A program made the position numbers and the translations under genes. A stretch of 63,724 bases of DNA, counting the filler, from Rhabdomonas costata (Eukaryota): assembly GCA_019059605.1 (NCBI GenBank). It is 47 parts of 47 records of this genome, joined end to end, with 100 filler letters (N's around TTAATTAATTAA, not from the genome) between each part and the next. Parts side by side here need not be neighbours in the genome. Positions count along the whole stretch, not along the records: positions 12,223 to 13,480 come from JAHMHO010021619.1; positions 13,581 to 14,839 come from JAHMHO010021620.1; positions 14,940 to 16,197 come from JAHMHO010021621.1; positions 16,298 to 17,556 come from JAHMHO010021622.1; positions 17,657 to 18,914 come from JAHMHO010021623.1; positions 19,015 to 20,272 come from JAHMHO010021624.1; positions 20,373 to 21,630 come from JAHMHO010021625.1; positions 21,731 to 22,988 come from JAHMHO010021626.1; 39 more parts are not named here. The stretch is one strand, 5' to 3'. Positions 12,643-25,572 of this stretch are shown here, in pieces. The notes below the pieces were generated by a model. It saw only the letters and a program-made list of their open reading frames with translations, was not told where the DNA came from and did not search any database. Every line of letters starts with the position of its first letter. Within the stretch, counting starts at the first letter, position 1.

Positions 12643-13580
12643 GAGAGAATTTCTTTCAGTTGATGCAATTGCTGTTCTGCACAAAGACACAGAGCGGGTA
12701 AAGCGCGCTCTGCGCTCAACCTTCCCCGCTCGGTTTCTGTTTCAAAACCACTATTCTTGCAAACGTGAAACCTTATTTTCATTTTACATGCTGTTAAAAC
12801 TTTTTGAAGTAAACCTAATTTTCAGGAGCTGGGGACACGCTACAGGATTATGCGCCAGCAGTGGCTTATGAGTATTGCGAGGGGGACAAAGTTGCCATGG
12901 GGTCGCCGATGCCCAGTCCAAGGTCTGAAAGGTGTCCGGTGCCCCCGACCCGCATCAGGGTTATCGTTGGGTACTGCCGCTCGTCACTGGGTATTGCCTT
13001 TGCGATGTGCTGAATCCGAAAGGGGCCAAGGCAGGCGTTGAGAATTTCCAGAGAGGAGATGTGTTTTTCCCGCTGGCTAGCGGGAACCCTTTGACCGCCC
13101 AATTCAGAAGAACCGTTATTTGCTGCTTGCTCTGGAGGCTGCCAAAAAACACTTCATTTCACTTTCATTTCAGAGTAACACGTTCACACGTGGCTTAGGT
13201 CCCACTGTTGTTGTCTGCGTGATTTCGAACACTGCTATGCGGCTTGACATCCATGCAGCTGAAACTTGAAGCCTGATCATCACGTCCTGACAACACAAAT
13301 GATGGTACAGCAAACCTCACCCGCAGTTACTCAACCTCCACACATCCTGAAAGTCTGGCTCAGTGAAGTTGGGAGCTGAACCAAACACAGCACACGCCCT
13401 TTGGGATGGAAACGGGAGGGGATCTCTCTTACTCTTCCCTACGGGTATACTGTCTGCTGACAACGTGCGGCTAACACAAANNNNNNNNNNNNNNNNNNNN
13501 NNNNNNNNNNNNNNNNNNNNNNNNTTAATTAATTAANNNNNNNNNNNNNNNNNNNNNNNNNNNNNNNNNNNNNNNNNNNN

Positions 13581-13605
13581 TGTTGGTGTGTTTGGGGTGG
13601 TTTGT
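13581..13605 (+). other. Whole-genome amplification primer remnant (GenomePlex-type)
   Basis: TGTTGGTGTGTTTGG followed by 10 G/T-only bases. It resembles the universal primer TGTGTTGGGTGTGTTTGG (recalled from memory) with one G missing. Confidence 0.75.
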
Positions 13606-14068
13606 CACCGATTCAGGAAGGGCGTTTCTTCTTTCTTCTTTTCGCTCTGCTAGCTTTATTTCCTCTTAATCCTCTGGCCACTTTGGCTGTCTTCTCAAGA
13701 TTCTGGTCAATGAAAAGGAAATATTCTTGCTCTCCACTTCCGGTGGCAAGAAACCCCATGCCTATGTGCACCGCTCAAGTCCAAAAAAGGACAAAGAGGA
13801 CAAATTTGCTTGGTTTTCGACGCTCACAATAGCTCCAAAACAACTTTTTAATAGGAACCAAAATCTGAAAAACTGAACGCCGCCATCGTTTACTCTGCCG
13901 TGTTGTTCCTGAATTCCTGAATAACCTAGCCTTTAGTGCTTTGGACTATATCAGCTCTCAAGCAGCCCTGCCGAAGTGGAGGGTGCGATGGTTTTGTTGG
14001 GCTGCTGCGTTTTCCTCGCTGAGGTGCCCCTGCCAGCCAGCTCTCTCTCTCTCTCACTCTCTGTACAG

Positions 14069-14203
14069 TTAATTACCGTTGGTGGCCGCAACGTCACCCG
14101 TGGGAGAGGGATGGGCGGGGAGGAGAGGGGCATGTCCTTGTACCCCAATGTGTTCGTGAGCTTCGGAGAGTCCGAGGTCTTCCCCCACAACTTCGTCGAA
14201 TAC
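14069..14203 (+). CDS. Probable exon of an unknown protein
   Basis: A (CT)n tract and cag acceptor precede GC3-rich LITVGGRNVTRGRGMGGEERGMSLYPNVFVSFGESEVFPHNFVEY. The donor position is uncertain. Confidence 0.45.
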
Positions 14204-14811
14204 GCATCCACCTCCCATCGTTGCCGGACCGATGTGTGCTTTTGTAGTGGAGCTTGGCCACCCTCCCCCTCACCTTGGTTCCCCTGGCTTGAAACTCGAG
14301 GAAACCATAGCTGTCAGCTGCTTATCTTCAAAAACCGCAGCAATGCATGCAAAGCAACAACATTAAAAGTGTGATAAATCATGAGGCATTGGGTGTTCAC
14401 TGTGTTTTTCTGCTTGGTTTCCCAAGTCTGACAAATGCGGAGTAGCAGTCGTGTGACACTAATCTTCATCAGCCCCACGCAGAAATACAAGTAGTTCAAG
14501 CTTCTGTTTCGAGTCTGGGCTGTGCTTCAAGGTGTCTGGTGCACAGCCCAGACTCGAACGGTTCCGTTCCTTCCATTCTCTAATTCGTGACCATATGAGC
14601 ACACGGAATTGAAATTTGGTGAAACCCGATCAAATTGGCCGATGCTCCAGCGGAATGAGTTCTTGGGGCGAAAACGGGGCGGTGGAGTGAGTATAGCCCC
14701 GCAGAGCTGTTCTGGGGGTGAGCTCCTCCGCCGGGGGCTAATCGTCACTGGAGCAAGGAACGCCCCACGCTCAGCGTGCGGATTCCGCCAGAGGTTTGCT
14801 TGAAGAACCTA

Positions 14812-14839
14812 CCCCCCCCAACCAAACACACCCCAACAC
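14812..14839 (-). other. Whole-genome amplification primer remnant (GenomePlex-type)
   Basis: The reverse complement reads GTGTTGGGGTGTGTTTGG + TTGGGGGGGG, i.e. the primer with one extra G followed by 10 G/T bases. Confidence 0.8.
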
Positions 14840-17324
14840 NNNNNNNNNNNNNNNNNNNNNNNNNNNNNNNNNNNNNNNNNNNNTTAATTAATTAANNNNN
14901 NNNNNNNNNNNNNNNNNNNNNNNNNNNNNNNNNNNNNNNCGCAAGTCAATCCACCAAGGAGTCAGAGTTTCTTGCGGGAGCAGGGCTTCCCCAACTTCCC
15001 TGGAACCCTGCCTCGCGCCGTATGGTTTCGCTGAAGGTGAACTCCTTTGTCTTCATGTTTCGAATGTACACCCTTGCGTAGAAACTTGAATACAACCACC
15101 ACGTTGGAAAGGTGCGGTGCAATTCAGTTGGCTCTGCAGCGAAGGTGAAAATGTTCAGGCCTTTAGTGGTTTTGGCCATCTTGTGCTCTGCCCGTGAGGT
15201 GCGTGAGGTGGAAAAAGGCGGGTGCGGCAGTCGACACTCTCTTTGAGTAGAAGTGCATAACTCCTAGTTGCAAGTGTAGCTTGGCAGCTTCTGACCCGAA
15301 ACCCTTCCGATTGGGTACACCTGTATGTGCCATTTGCCCCATCCAGGTGACAAAAAGTCTCAGCTAACGGTGCAGCATACAAAATATTGTGTTTGGTAAA
15401 GGAATAAGTTTTGGTTCAAAGAAGTGTATGTGGGAGCGGGGAGGGTTAGGCCGAGCTGCCGAGCCCCGCCATTTTGAATTGCCGCACTGAATGAAGTGAA
15501 CCTGTTCTTTTTGCGGATAAATGCTGCTTTCCTTGCCGCAGGGCGACGCCTCTGGGCACACGCGCTGGCGGGCTCCTGCCGTGTGGGGACTCGTTCGGTC
15601 CCTGCTTCCCGCAGAACTTCACAACGGTGACCTGCAAGACATGCACCGCGGGCCCTTCCCGCAAAACATTTCGCGAGGCGGCAAGCGCGGTGCCAACATT
15701 CCGCTTGCATGCAGGTCATGATGACCCCACACATGGCGCGGAGAACTCCCGGAGGTCGGGGGGTATCACGGCGACCAGAAGCTGCGGCAGGTACGGCTCT
15801 ACCCATTCGGTAAATTGGGGTAGACCTTAACCGGATAACTCGGTTCGGACAAAAGCCGAAGCCACGGATTGATTCTGGCGGGAAAGGAACGGTTGATGAC
15901 CACACGCAATTCGTTGAAGGCGACGAGGTTTCCCTGTGCATTCTTTCCCAGATGAATGACTCCTCACCAACGGTTGCCGCATAGTGCACCCCTTTATCTA
16001 AAGAAAAACTCTCCAGATTCCAATAGTGTCCAAACGTGTGGAAAAAAGGGGGAAATATGAGCTGTAAAATCATCCAAGAAAAGTGTCCGCCAAGGGTCCC
16101 CGACGCCGTGGTTACGCAGCAATGGGAAGAGTCAGTTTTAAATGGTTTTCAGCAGAGGCAGAGTGAACACAATCTCGGGGGGCTTACACACCACCACNNN
16201 NNNNNNNNNNNNNNNNNNNNNNNNNNNNNNNNNNNNNNNNNTTAATTAATTAANNNNNNNNNNNNNNNNNNNNNNNNNNNNNNNNNNNNNNNNNNNNGGT
16301 GGTTTGTGAATACCATTTAATGGTGTTCAACGTTTTGGACTTTGTGGACCGATTGGAACAACATTGCTTTCGGGGCGGAAGCCAGCCCATGGCGGGCCGG
16401 AGCCCGCGGATGAGGCGGGGTCAAGTAAAACTTGCCATTTGCTGTTTAACGGTGTTAAACGCTTAACACTGTTGAAGGCACTGTTTCAGGAAGTCATTTT
16501 CCTAGTTCTGGAGAGGTTAAGTGTCTGTGCGTCTGTACCCTCTCGATAATGCTATTTTTCCGAAAGTGAGTTAGGTATACTGAACCCTAGATACAGATTT
16601 TTTTAAAAAGATTTTCGACCATTTGACGTCGTTAAACGTTTAACACCAACCTGCCGAAATACGGTGTTCCGCGTTGAAAATTGCCTTCTCGGCACTGAAC
16701 CCCAGCCGCTACAAAAACCTTTGCATGCCGCAGTGAGGCGACGTTCAAAAAACTTGCCGTGCGTGTGCCCATGTTGGGGCAAAATTGAGGGGATACCTGC
16801 CGATGACTCGCCGATGGTGATCGAAAACCTGTGGAAGCAACCGAAAGGAAAGGTAAAACTTCCAGTGGTCACATCCACCAGAAGCAACCCACGACGTGCC
16901 ATCACAGATGAGTTCTCGTGGAATTCTTGCAGTAGCAGGAGTCAGCACAAACAAAAACGGGAAGAAGAAAAGCAAGGAAAACCAGTGTGGATACGAATGT
17001 AGCAATGACACAAAGCAGAGGGTTGGATACACACGGGATGCACACGGTAGCGACAGTGGCGCGAAAGCGCAAAAGTACAGTTGCGTGGGGAATACATTAT
17101 GCAGAAGACGGGGAGAGTGAGGCGGACGGGGTGGCAACCCACGACCACGCGTATTATTTGAACAGCGCAAGCAGAGCACAGGTTGCAGTTTCCCACGTTG
17201 GTTACGGGACGATGCAAGAGATGCATTCTGCGGTCTTTTTTAAGCACAAATCCAATCCAAACCGCCTTCGAAAACTTTCGCGTTCCATTGCAAGTGCAGT
17301 GGAGTGGTGAAGGGTGCCACGTAC

Positions 17325-17462
17325 CTCGAAGGCCACGGCCGTGGTGCTTCCACCAGAAGTACCCGCCCAAAAGAGCGAGCAGGATCACTCCGACCGGAAC
17401 GCACACCGCAATAGCAATCACGCCGCCAGTAGAAAGTCCGGAGGACTCCGAGGAGCCCGACT
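17325..17462 (-). CDS. Exon encoding the transmembrane anchor of a single-pass membrane protein
   Basis: AG/GTACGT boundaries; SGSSESSGLSTGGVIAIAVCVPVGVILLALLGGYFWWKHHGRGLR has a Ser linker, a hydrophobic helix and an aromatic/basic stop-transfer segment. Confidence 0.75.
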
Positions 17463-19658
17463 CTAAGGACGCCGCCCAGCCCGGAAAAAATGACAGCCAC
17501 AAGCTGCAAGCCAGGCAAAGGATGATGATGAACACCCGCAATGCAACACAAACCCCNNNNNNNNNNNNNNNNNNNNNNNNNNNNNNNNNNNNNNNNNNNN
17601 TTAATTAATTAANNNNNNNNNNNNNNNNNNNNNNNNNNNNNNNNNNNNNNNNNNNNTGTGGGGTTGTGCCCGCCGTTCCCTTTCTCTCTGCCACATCAGT
17701 TGGTTCGGGATCGTGTGCTGAGGACTACGCTTTTTCGCACCCCAGCTCAAGGTCGGACACGAAACTACAAAAAAGAACTTGAAGTGAAGCTTGTACCGAC
17801 AAGGGCGGCCGGATTCGGTTCCTTGATCCAGATACCGAAAGGAAATCCAGTCATACGGATGTGCACAGGATGGTCAACCCATCTCGTGGCAATTCCGATT
17901 CCCTAAGATCGCTGCGAGGGAAATGCAGCTACCGTTCTCAGTCCTTCCTTGGCAACGCTGAGCTTGCAATGCCCGCAGTGGATGACGGACGACTTTCTCG
18001 ACCCATGTCAGGGTATCCGCGATCCTGTAAGCCGAAGACTGGCACTGCTGTGCACCGAATCAAGCTTATTGTCCGTTGTGTTCGCTCTGCAGAAGTCGTC
18101 GCGGTTTATTCCACATGCAGGTGGTTTTTTCTGTGTTTGTTCTCCCCACAGCTCCGCTGCGTTCCTTCTTGGGTGACGTGAACGAGGGATTGGTGTGCCC
18201 CTCCCCGCAACATAAATTATTCCCATCCCTCCCTCCCCCCATAGCCCAAATAGAACTTTTCCGATGCGCTTGGCCGACGTTGTCCGTCGTACCTATATTT
18301 CGATTTCCGCCTGCTTCTTGTGTGATCAACGACAGAGCGCGCCTCTGTTTCTAACTCTAAGGCCAAAGTCAATACAACCTCCACCGCCACTTCCTTGTTG
18401 CGTTGTGCTTGCAGATGGGGATATCCCTGCCTATTACGGTCACCTGCCCCCTCCGGACACATTCAAAGCAACCTCTTCCCTTCCTGCGCCGGCAGTCCGC
18501 TGCGCTGTGAACACTATTAATAGCTTCTAAGCCTTTGCAGTGGACAGTGCTGAAAGCCCAGAATAAGCGAGTCTGATTGTCTGCAATTCGACCTTGTTTG
18601 CACCGCCCCCGGTCCACCTGGTATGTTCCCCCTTTTTCCTCTTTCAATTCAGTGCCACAACCGCCGCCCATTTGCTCAGCACGTTACTGCAAAGCTAAGC
18701 ATCACCTCGCTTGCTTGAGGACGCACCATCCCTTTACTCTGTCCCTGTGCGTGCGTGCGAGGGTGTGGGTGTGTGATTGTATGTGTGTGTTCGCGACAGA
18801 TGGTGAGGCGCAACCTCTCCGCAGTGTGCTCGGAGCTCTCCCTGCGCCGTGTGCTTCGCGCGATCACGCTACAGAGCGGGCTCCTGCTGATGCACTTCTC
18901 GACTTCCTCCGCGGNNNNNNNNNNNNNNNNNNNNNNNNNNNNNNNNNNNNNNNNNNNNTTAATTAATTAANNNNNNNNNNNNNNNNNNNNNNNNNNNNNN
19001 NNNNNNNNNNNNNNGTGTTGGTTGTTTGGATGATATGCAAGCTGACTGTGAAACAGGCGCCGAACTGCTGAGCAGCTGAGCGGCACAGCGCGGTTTCTTG
19101 TGTGAACTTTGCTTTTGGGTTTTGGTCAGCTCTTCGTTAGCGCTGGATAAATACAGGACCTCATGGGAAAAATGGTAGGATGTGGATGAGGTACCTACAC
19201 TATAACCTGGACCCGAGTAGCCTCAGTACGTTTACCGGGACCCTGTACTGTTTTGTATGCTTTTTTGGTGATGGGTCACACACTGCATTGTTCAGGGGCA
19301 CTGTAGTATCTCCAAAGTAATGGCAGAGTTGTCGCTTGAGACCGGAATGAGGAAAAGAGTTGAGCGTTACATTGTTTTGGGGTTTCGATATAGATGGGAT
19401 CTGAATGGGTGCACCCCACCGGCTGAAAATGCGGTTCTCAAGGCTTTCATTTTGATGGCTGCGCAGTGCCTGCACAGACGGTTGAAAAGACGTGAACTGC
19501 AGTACTGGCGTACAAAGGCTGAGGTTGCACAAAGAGCTGCAACACGCAACATGCCAACCGGCTTCTGTGATGAACGTATGGGGAATTTTGTGCCAGTGAT
19601 GCTTTGCAAAATGATGGACTAGTATGTGGGGACGGGAAGAGTGTGGGATGCGGCGCAG

Positions 19659-19931
19659 GTGAGCGTGGTGGCCTCGCTGACGCAGCTCTTCTCCGACATC
19701 AACGCCGCGGCAGCCCGCACCCTGGGCTTCACCTTCATTGCGGTGGTGCTGCTGAGCGCGGCGGCGGCGCTGGGGATCTCATTTGTGGTTGCCACCCCGC
19801 TTGTGCGACTGAGCGTGCAGATGGGTTTGGTTGCTGAGATGCACCTGGAGGGTTGTGAAGATCGGCGCAGCCCATTCAAGGAGATCGCGGACATCCAGGC
19901 GCACTTTGGAGCGATGGTGAAGAAGCTGGCG
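19659..19931 (+). CDS. TM helix plus HAMP domain exon of a receptor-type signalling protein (adenylate/guanylate cyclase-like)
   Basis: cag/GTGTGC boundaries, 91 codons: ...TLGFTFIAVVLLSAAAALGISFVVATPLVRLSVQMGLVAEMHLEG...SPFKEIADIQAHFGAMVKKLA. This fits the HAMP pattern PL-x-x-L...EI-x-x-I-x-x-x-F-x-x-M-x-x-x-L. The catalytic domain is not in the contig. Confidence 0.8.
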
Positions 19932-21407
19932 GTGTGCCCTCCTTCCATCTTCGCCTTCCCTGCCTTTGTCTTGTAGCTTCCTCAGTCACTTTGGACACAG
20001 CAACCTTGCACGGAGTACCCGTATATCGATTATGCTTGGCGCTTTCATATCCCTTGAGCGGGTGGCAAATATTGCTATATTTCCTCTTTGATACCAGCTC
20101 AACTATGTTGCGATGATATTTGTGGTTCTCGACCGATCTTGTTTTCTTCGAGAAGTAAAAGAGATATCCAGCACCGATCCAGCACCGATCCAGCACCCGG
20201 TTGGGGTTTTCACCCCAGATTGTAACAGCATGCTCTGTATGTGTTCCAGCGACTAGTCCTTTCTGCCAGCCCNNNNNNNNNNNNNNNNNNNNNNNNNNNN
20301 NNNNNNNNNNNNNNNNTTAATTAATTAANNNNNNNNNNNNNNNNNNNNNNNNNNNNNNNNNNNNNNNNNNNNCTTTTTTTCTTTTCCTGCTTTTTATTTT
20401 TTAGACCTTGTTTATATACTCGCGGGACCTTGGTATTGTCTTGGCGGGGCCGCTGCGGCGTTATCTGGGGGAGGGCTTTCCAATTTTGCAAGCTCTCCAT
20501 CCAGCTATGTGACGCTGTCAGATGTTATGCCTCAGGTATCCTAGCGCAATCCAATTTGGTTTGCAGCTCTGTCTCGCGCCCTTTAAGTATGCTTCTCTGT
20601 GCCTGCCCAGCTCCAGGGAGTCGCAGAGAATGCCGATCCGACTGTGCAGTTTTGTTTGTATGGCTGTGTTTTGGTTGCCAGCAGGCTTCACCCATGAGCT
20701 GTGCTGCGGCAACGGGCAGGTCGCCTGGAATGCTGGGCGCTCCCTTTTTCTTTTATGTTTTACGTTTCTGCTCATGCCATTGCTCCGTTTTGAGCCATGT
20801 AAATCCACTTTACCCCCCCCCTCCCCCTTCCGCCCAGCTTCCTTTGAACCCTGCTCATGTCTCCAATTTACCAACGCACCTTCAAGCTGCCTTGCTTTGT
20901 TGTGTCCTCTTGCTGCGGACTGCTCACACCGTTCGAGATTCGAGGACGGGATAGTTAAGGTGCCTCATTCAGTGCATGTTTTGCGACCAGCTTCACCCAT
21001 TCCAAGATATTTCCCCGAAAGGTCCTTGCTGCTGCCACATGGAGGAATGATTGCAGATCCGGATGGTCGGTCGATCGATCGATGACTGAATGAATGAGAT
21101 TAAGGGTTTAACTTGTGGATGAGGGCTATGAAATTAACGCAAACGGGGCAGAAGGTAACCACGGTTGCTCCGCAACATTCAGGTCAGTGCTCTACTTTCC
21201 ACGAACAGGGTGTGGTGCTCCCGACCCCTCTTGTTTCGGCTTGTCCCAATGTCCGATACACCGTCGGGGGGTGATGCCGAGGCTCCCCATTCCCCGGACC
21301 TCTTTGTAGTTCATGCCGCTGAGTCCTCCGGTGATGTTGGCAGCGTCCCCCATCCGGAGGTTGCGATTGTCTTTTTCACCACCACCGCTAACCAGTCGTC
21401 AACCACC

Positions 21408-21630
21408 ATGAAGGACTCCGAGGAGCCCTGCAAACTGCCCCCTGCCCTTCCCTCATGCCCAATTGTGGGATCTACACCCCCAGATGGCCCTGGGAAAGAT
21501 CATCGCCCGGATGAGGCCACTATGGTGGTTACCATTTCCGAAGAGCCCTGCAAGCCACCGCCCGTGGAGACGACAGCCGTCCCCGCGGTGGTGGAGAAGC
21601 CCTCAGCAGAGCCCCCGAAGGAGACCAAGG
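21408..21630 (+). CDS. Probable N-terminus of a Pro/Glu-rich protein (partial)
   Basis: ACCACCATG start context, open to the contig end, with an internal repeated SEEPCK motif. Confidence 0.5.
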
Positions 21631-23088
21631 NNNNNNNNNNNNNNNNNNNNNNNNNNNNNNNNNNNNNNNNNNNNTTAATTAATTAANNNNNNNNNNNNNN
21701 NNNNNNNNNNNNNNNNNNNNNNNNNNNNNNGTTTTGGTGTCCTTGTTCTTGCATTTTTGTATGTGCAACAGCGGCACCACATCAGTCAAACGAGCACCCG
21801 CCCCAAAACAAGGCTGTTGCACATACAAAAATGCAAGAACAAGGACACCGAATATACGAAGGCATCCAGACCTCCTACATGTGTTGTTCACAGAAAGTGC
21901 ATCGGAATATACCGCCCACTTTCCTGAGGGCGATGCAGAGCACACTGAATGTATTCCCCCATTCAGGGACGCGGGCAAAAGTGGTGAGGGCACAAAAAGC
22001 GCAACGGCACAACTTTCAATCTCTGCACACAGGTACTGCACACCAGTAAAGACAAGACCCAACAATAAACTGCAAACCATCCATCACAAATCGCTGCACA
22101 CAAAGCTAGCGGTGCATCTCCTCCGCGAAAGTTCACAGGAGCAATGGATACCTGTCGGTGACGTGCTTTCCCAGGCACCATCCAGGCCAGAGAACTTTCT
22201 TCCACATCGGCTACCGGAACATATGTATGAACAACCGGGTCGTAAGCACAACACGCAACAGCTCAGGTCTCTGATATCGGAGAATTCTTCATATCCTGCA
22301 AAAAAGAAAGAAGAAAATGGGGCTCCGTCTCTGGAACGGTCTTATGATTTGAATAGGGTAATTCAAAAATTACGAGAATGCCGCACAAGAGTCTATCTAG
22401 CGCTGTACCCGAAACCACCACAAGTCCTTCATTCCCAGCAATGTGCACCAATTAGCAGGGGGGACTGACATTACCAACCTGCCGCAGCCATACCTCAGCT
22501 AGTAGGAACTTCGTTTCCTACTAGTCCTAGTACTCGTCCTCTGAGACGGGCAACACAATTGCATCTCACTGGTTCTCAGTATGCAACCCGATTCACTACA
22601 GACCCAACCTCTTCCCCAAAACACTAACCACACGTAGTTGCACCAAGCCATACCCAGCGTAAATCCATAGACAGGGACGGGTAGAAACCCCTCTCCCCTC
22701 ACTCATCGTGCAGCTCTGAGACGCCGCAGCTTCGCCACCACCGAGGCAACGGCGCCCGCCAACGGAGCCCCAGCATCGGCGCACCCAACCCCCTCGCTCC
22801 GCGGACGCCTCCCTGAGCTGCCCTTGCCCTGAAACACGGCACGGAGCCTCGAAAGCACATCCCGAGGCGCTCCTGCCTTGGCGAGGGAGGAACGAATGGT
22901 GGGCATTGGGGTGCTTGTGAGGGTCTTCCCGCGAGGTCCCTGCACACCGTCCCCGCGTTGCCGGGGCACTGCAAGGGCAGCGGGAGGGNNNNNNNNNNNN
23001 NNNNNNNNNNNNNNNNNNNNNNNNNNNNNNNNTTAATTAATTAANNNNNNNNNNNNNNNNNNNNNNNNNNNNNNNNNNNNNNNNNNNN

Positions 23089-23242
23089 GCTGGGCAAGGC
23101 CCCGGCGCTGCCGCTAGACCTCAGCGTGGCCAGCGACAGCTCCTGCGGTGGGCACACTGTGCTGCACCTCGCAGTGAAGAACGGCGCCCCCACGGCCGTA
23201 GTGGAGAGGCTGGTGTCCTTGGGAGCCCCCGTCTCCACAAAG
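23089..23242 (+). CDS. Ankyrin-repeat protein exon (partial)
   Basis: GHTVLHLAVKNGAPTAVVERLVSLGAPVSTK matches the ankyrin consensus G-x-T-x-LH-x-A...V-x-x-L-x-x-x-GA-x-V. Confidence 0.85.
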
Positions 23243-24827
23243 GCATACGGCCTGTCCCCACCACTTCCCCTGCCTGCCCACACTGTGTTTACGTGTGCCT
23301 GGAAGCCGCTTCGACGCACGAAATCGGCCAAAGCAAAGCGCCGGAACGGGAGGCTGTGGGAAACGGAAGTGGGGTTTGGGGAAGGCATGTCTTCAATCCC
23401 TTTGCTTTGGGTTCCGGGCTTGCATATCGCTTTGGACCGGAGGTGCCCCTGGTTTGCGGCTCCCACTAGCGAAAGCCCAGAGAGCAGTGAGTGAAAGCAT
23501 AGGGACTTTGGGGTCAGTGTTCGGTTTGGGAAATTGGTCAGATGGTGATCAAATAGTATTTGCATTATGCTTTTGGGGTGATAAAAAGCAAAGTTGCGGC
23601 CGAGGCGAATGCCATTGTGTTTGCCTCTCGTGCATTGCGGTGTTGCATTTTGTGCCTGCCCGCACATACGCTTTGCTTCCTCCCGTTGTGCACCCACAAG
23701 TGAGGGAGCTTCGCGCACAATTCCTTTCGCAGACAGGCCCTCGATTCGTTATTTTTTAGGTTCAGCAACCAACAACGAAACCCAAAAGGCCGCGAAACTC
23801 GCGGGCGCATGCCAATGAGGGAACGCCGGCGACTTTCCGGAAAACCCAAAAATCATACACTTAGAGCCACAGGGCTGTCGTGCCCCACACCCGTCCACCC
23901 CTGTTTTATCGCGGTCTATCGCGAGCTATTGCGACCTTTCTCAGTAATCTCAATTTTCACTGTCAGTCTTCAGGAAACGTATGTCCCCAACCTGAGGCAC
24001 CTGCTGGCTCCCGTGTTTAAAAAGGGGAAGGCCTAGTTTGGGGTGTGGCCAATGAGTTGCCTTTATCACCACACCTGAGCGAGACCAGTGTGGTAGACCG
24101 TGTTGTATGTGATTTCAAGCCGATCTGGGTGTCTGCCCTCCACAACGAGCGCATTGCAATGTGCGCAGTGCATGCTAAGCAGTGCCAAACGCTTAGCCGT
24201 GCTGCGTGCCTGTCACGCGGAAGGGGTAAGATGACAACGTAAGGATGGGATTGAAGAGCTAACGGTGCAGCAGAGCTGGACTCTACCTTTGCCCGGGCAC
24301 TCACATCAGGTGGAGACTGTCATAGGCAGCGGTTTGCACAAACACANNNNNNNNNNNNNNNNNNNNNNNNNNNNNNNNNNNNNNNNNNNNTTAATTAATT
24401 AANNNNNNNNNNNNNNNNNNNNNNNNNNNNNNNNNNNNNNNNNNNNGTGTTGGGGTGTTTGGGTTCGGCCTTCTGTCTTTCACTCTTCCTCCTCTTCTAT
24501 TCTTTCTTGCATGTCGGCCTCGTCGGCCTCCTCTTTTACGTAGGGATTGGTCACTCGAACTTAGCGAGAGTGAGCAAGACCGTAGTAGTCCCTCTCATGA
24601 GTGGTCCATATGTGAGGAGCGCAGCGAGGAGACTAGTGGATTGAGACATCTAGAGATGAACGCAGTGACGATCCTAGTAAACTGAGAAAGGACGAGCGTA
24701 GCGAGGATGCAGCGATAAAATGGGCCCTCATTCATAATATCGGTACCTGCACTTACACCCCACCTCTGTCCACCATTTCGCATCCCTTCATCACTTTTTA
24801 CGCATAGCTGGTATTTTTCGGTGGAGG

Positions 24828-25572
24828 TCACTTTATTCTGTTTTCACACACATTAGGCTCGTATTCCAATTGGGTTGTCGTGTCGTCCACAACGAACAGC
24901 AGCACCGTGAACGCGCCAAAAAACCAACAGGTGTGCAGAACAAGCAGCACAAGGACACGCGCCAAGGCGCCATGTGTGTGTGCTAATCGTTGTTGGACTG
25001 CAAACCTCATAACCTCGGGGTCCTCCAAAAGCCTCACCGAGCCCTGGACTGGTAGGGCGTCCAACACCAGCAACTCCGTCAGCGGCACCAACCACTCCAC
25101 ATCCTCCATGGAAGCGCTGAGGAAGAACATCGGCACCGCCGTCGCGAACCGCACCACAAAGAGGTTTCCCCCCTGGCTTCAGGAAGCGTCGGGCCGCGTG
25201 GGCACTCAGCGAGGCGCTGGAGAAGCAGTTCCACAGCTCCTTCCCATTGCCTGCCTCCAGAGCGACCTCGGAAGAGCACATCCTGCTTCGGGTCCACCTT
25301 GGGCCCAACAGGCCCAAGCACAGCAGGTACTCCTCAATGCCTTCGATATTCGGCGCCAGGGCCCGCAGCACACCAAGGGCGGGGTGGCTGGGGTCTGCTG
25401 TCACAGAGGGTTTCGCCAAAGTCCCGCTGAGCTGCGGTCAGCAGAGTGTACATGTGGTCGAGCTTCTTGCCCTTGAAGGCGGGAATCTCGTCACTGTAGA
25501 GGCACAGCGCCATGAACTGCACTTGGGAGACCCGAAACACCTCCAGCGCATTGAAGCTACGACCACCACCGA
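24828..25572 (-). pseudogene. Long coding-like segment with several frameshifts; membrane protein, possibly channel-like
   Basis: GC3-rich protein-like text moves between frames near 25420 and 25170 (...TAAQRD / LAKPSVTAD...FLKPG / GNLFVVRFATAVP...LLEDPEVMRFAVQQRL...ARVLVLLVLHTCWFFGAFTVLLFVV) with no intron-like spacers. Confidence 0.5.

Noticed and set aside
15360-16073. 237-aa minus-strand ORF
   Set aside because: Composition is random-like, and it overlaps a possible plus-strand exon (about 15542-15690) that I also cannot assign.
20166-20197. Short 10-15 bp tandem duplications (also about 32881, 44517, 58988) and many (CA/GT)n tracts
   Set aside because: Ordinary slippage repeats in introns.
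21734-22468. 244-aa plus-strand ORF
   Set aside because: It lacks GC3 bias and any recognisable domain. The minus strand has only a weak WD40-like phrase (SASPSGKWAVYSD).
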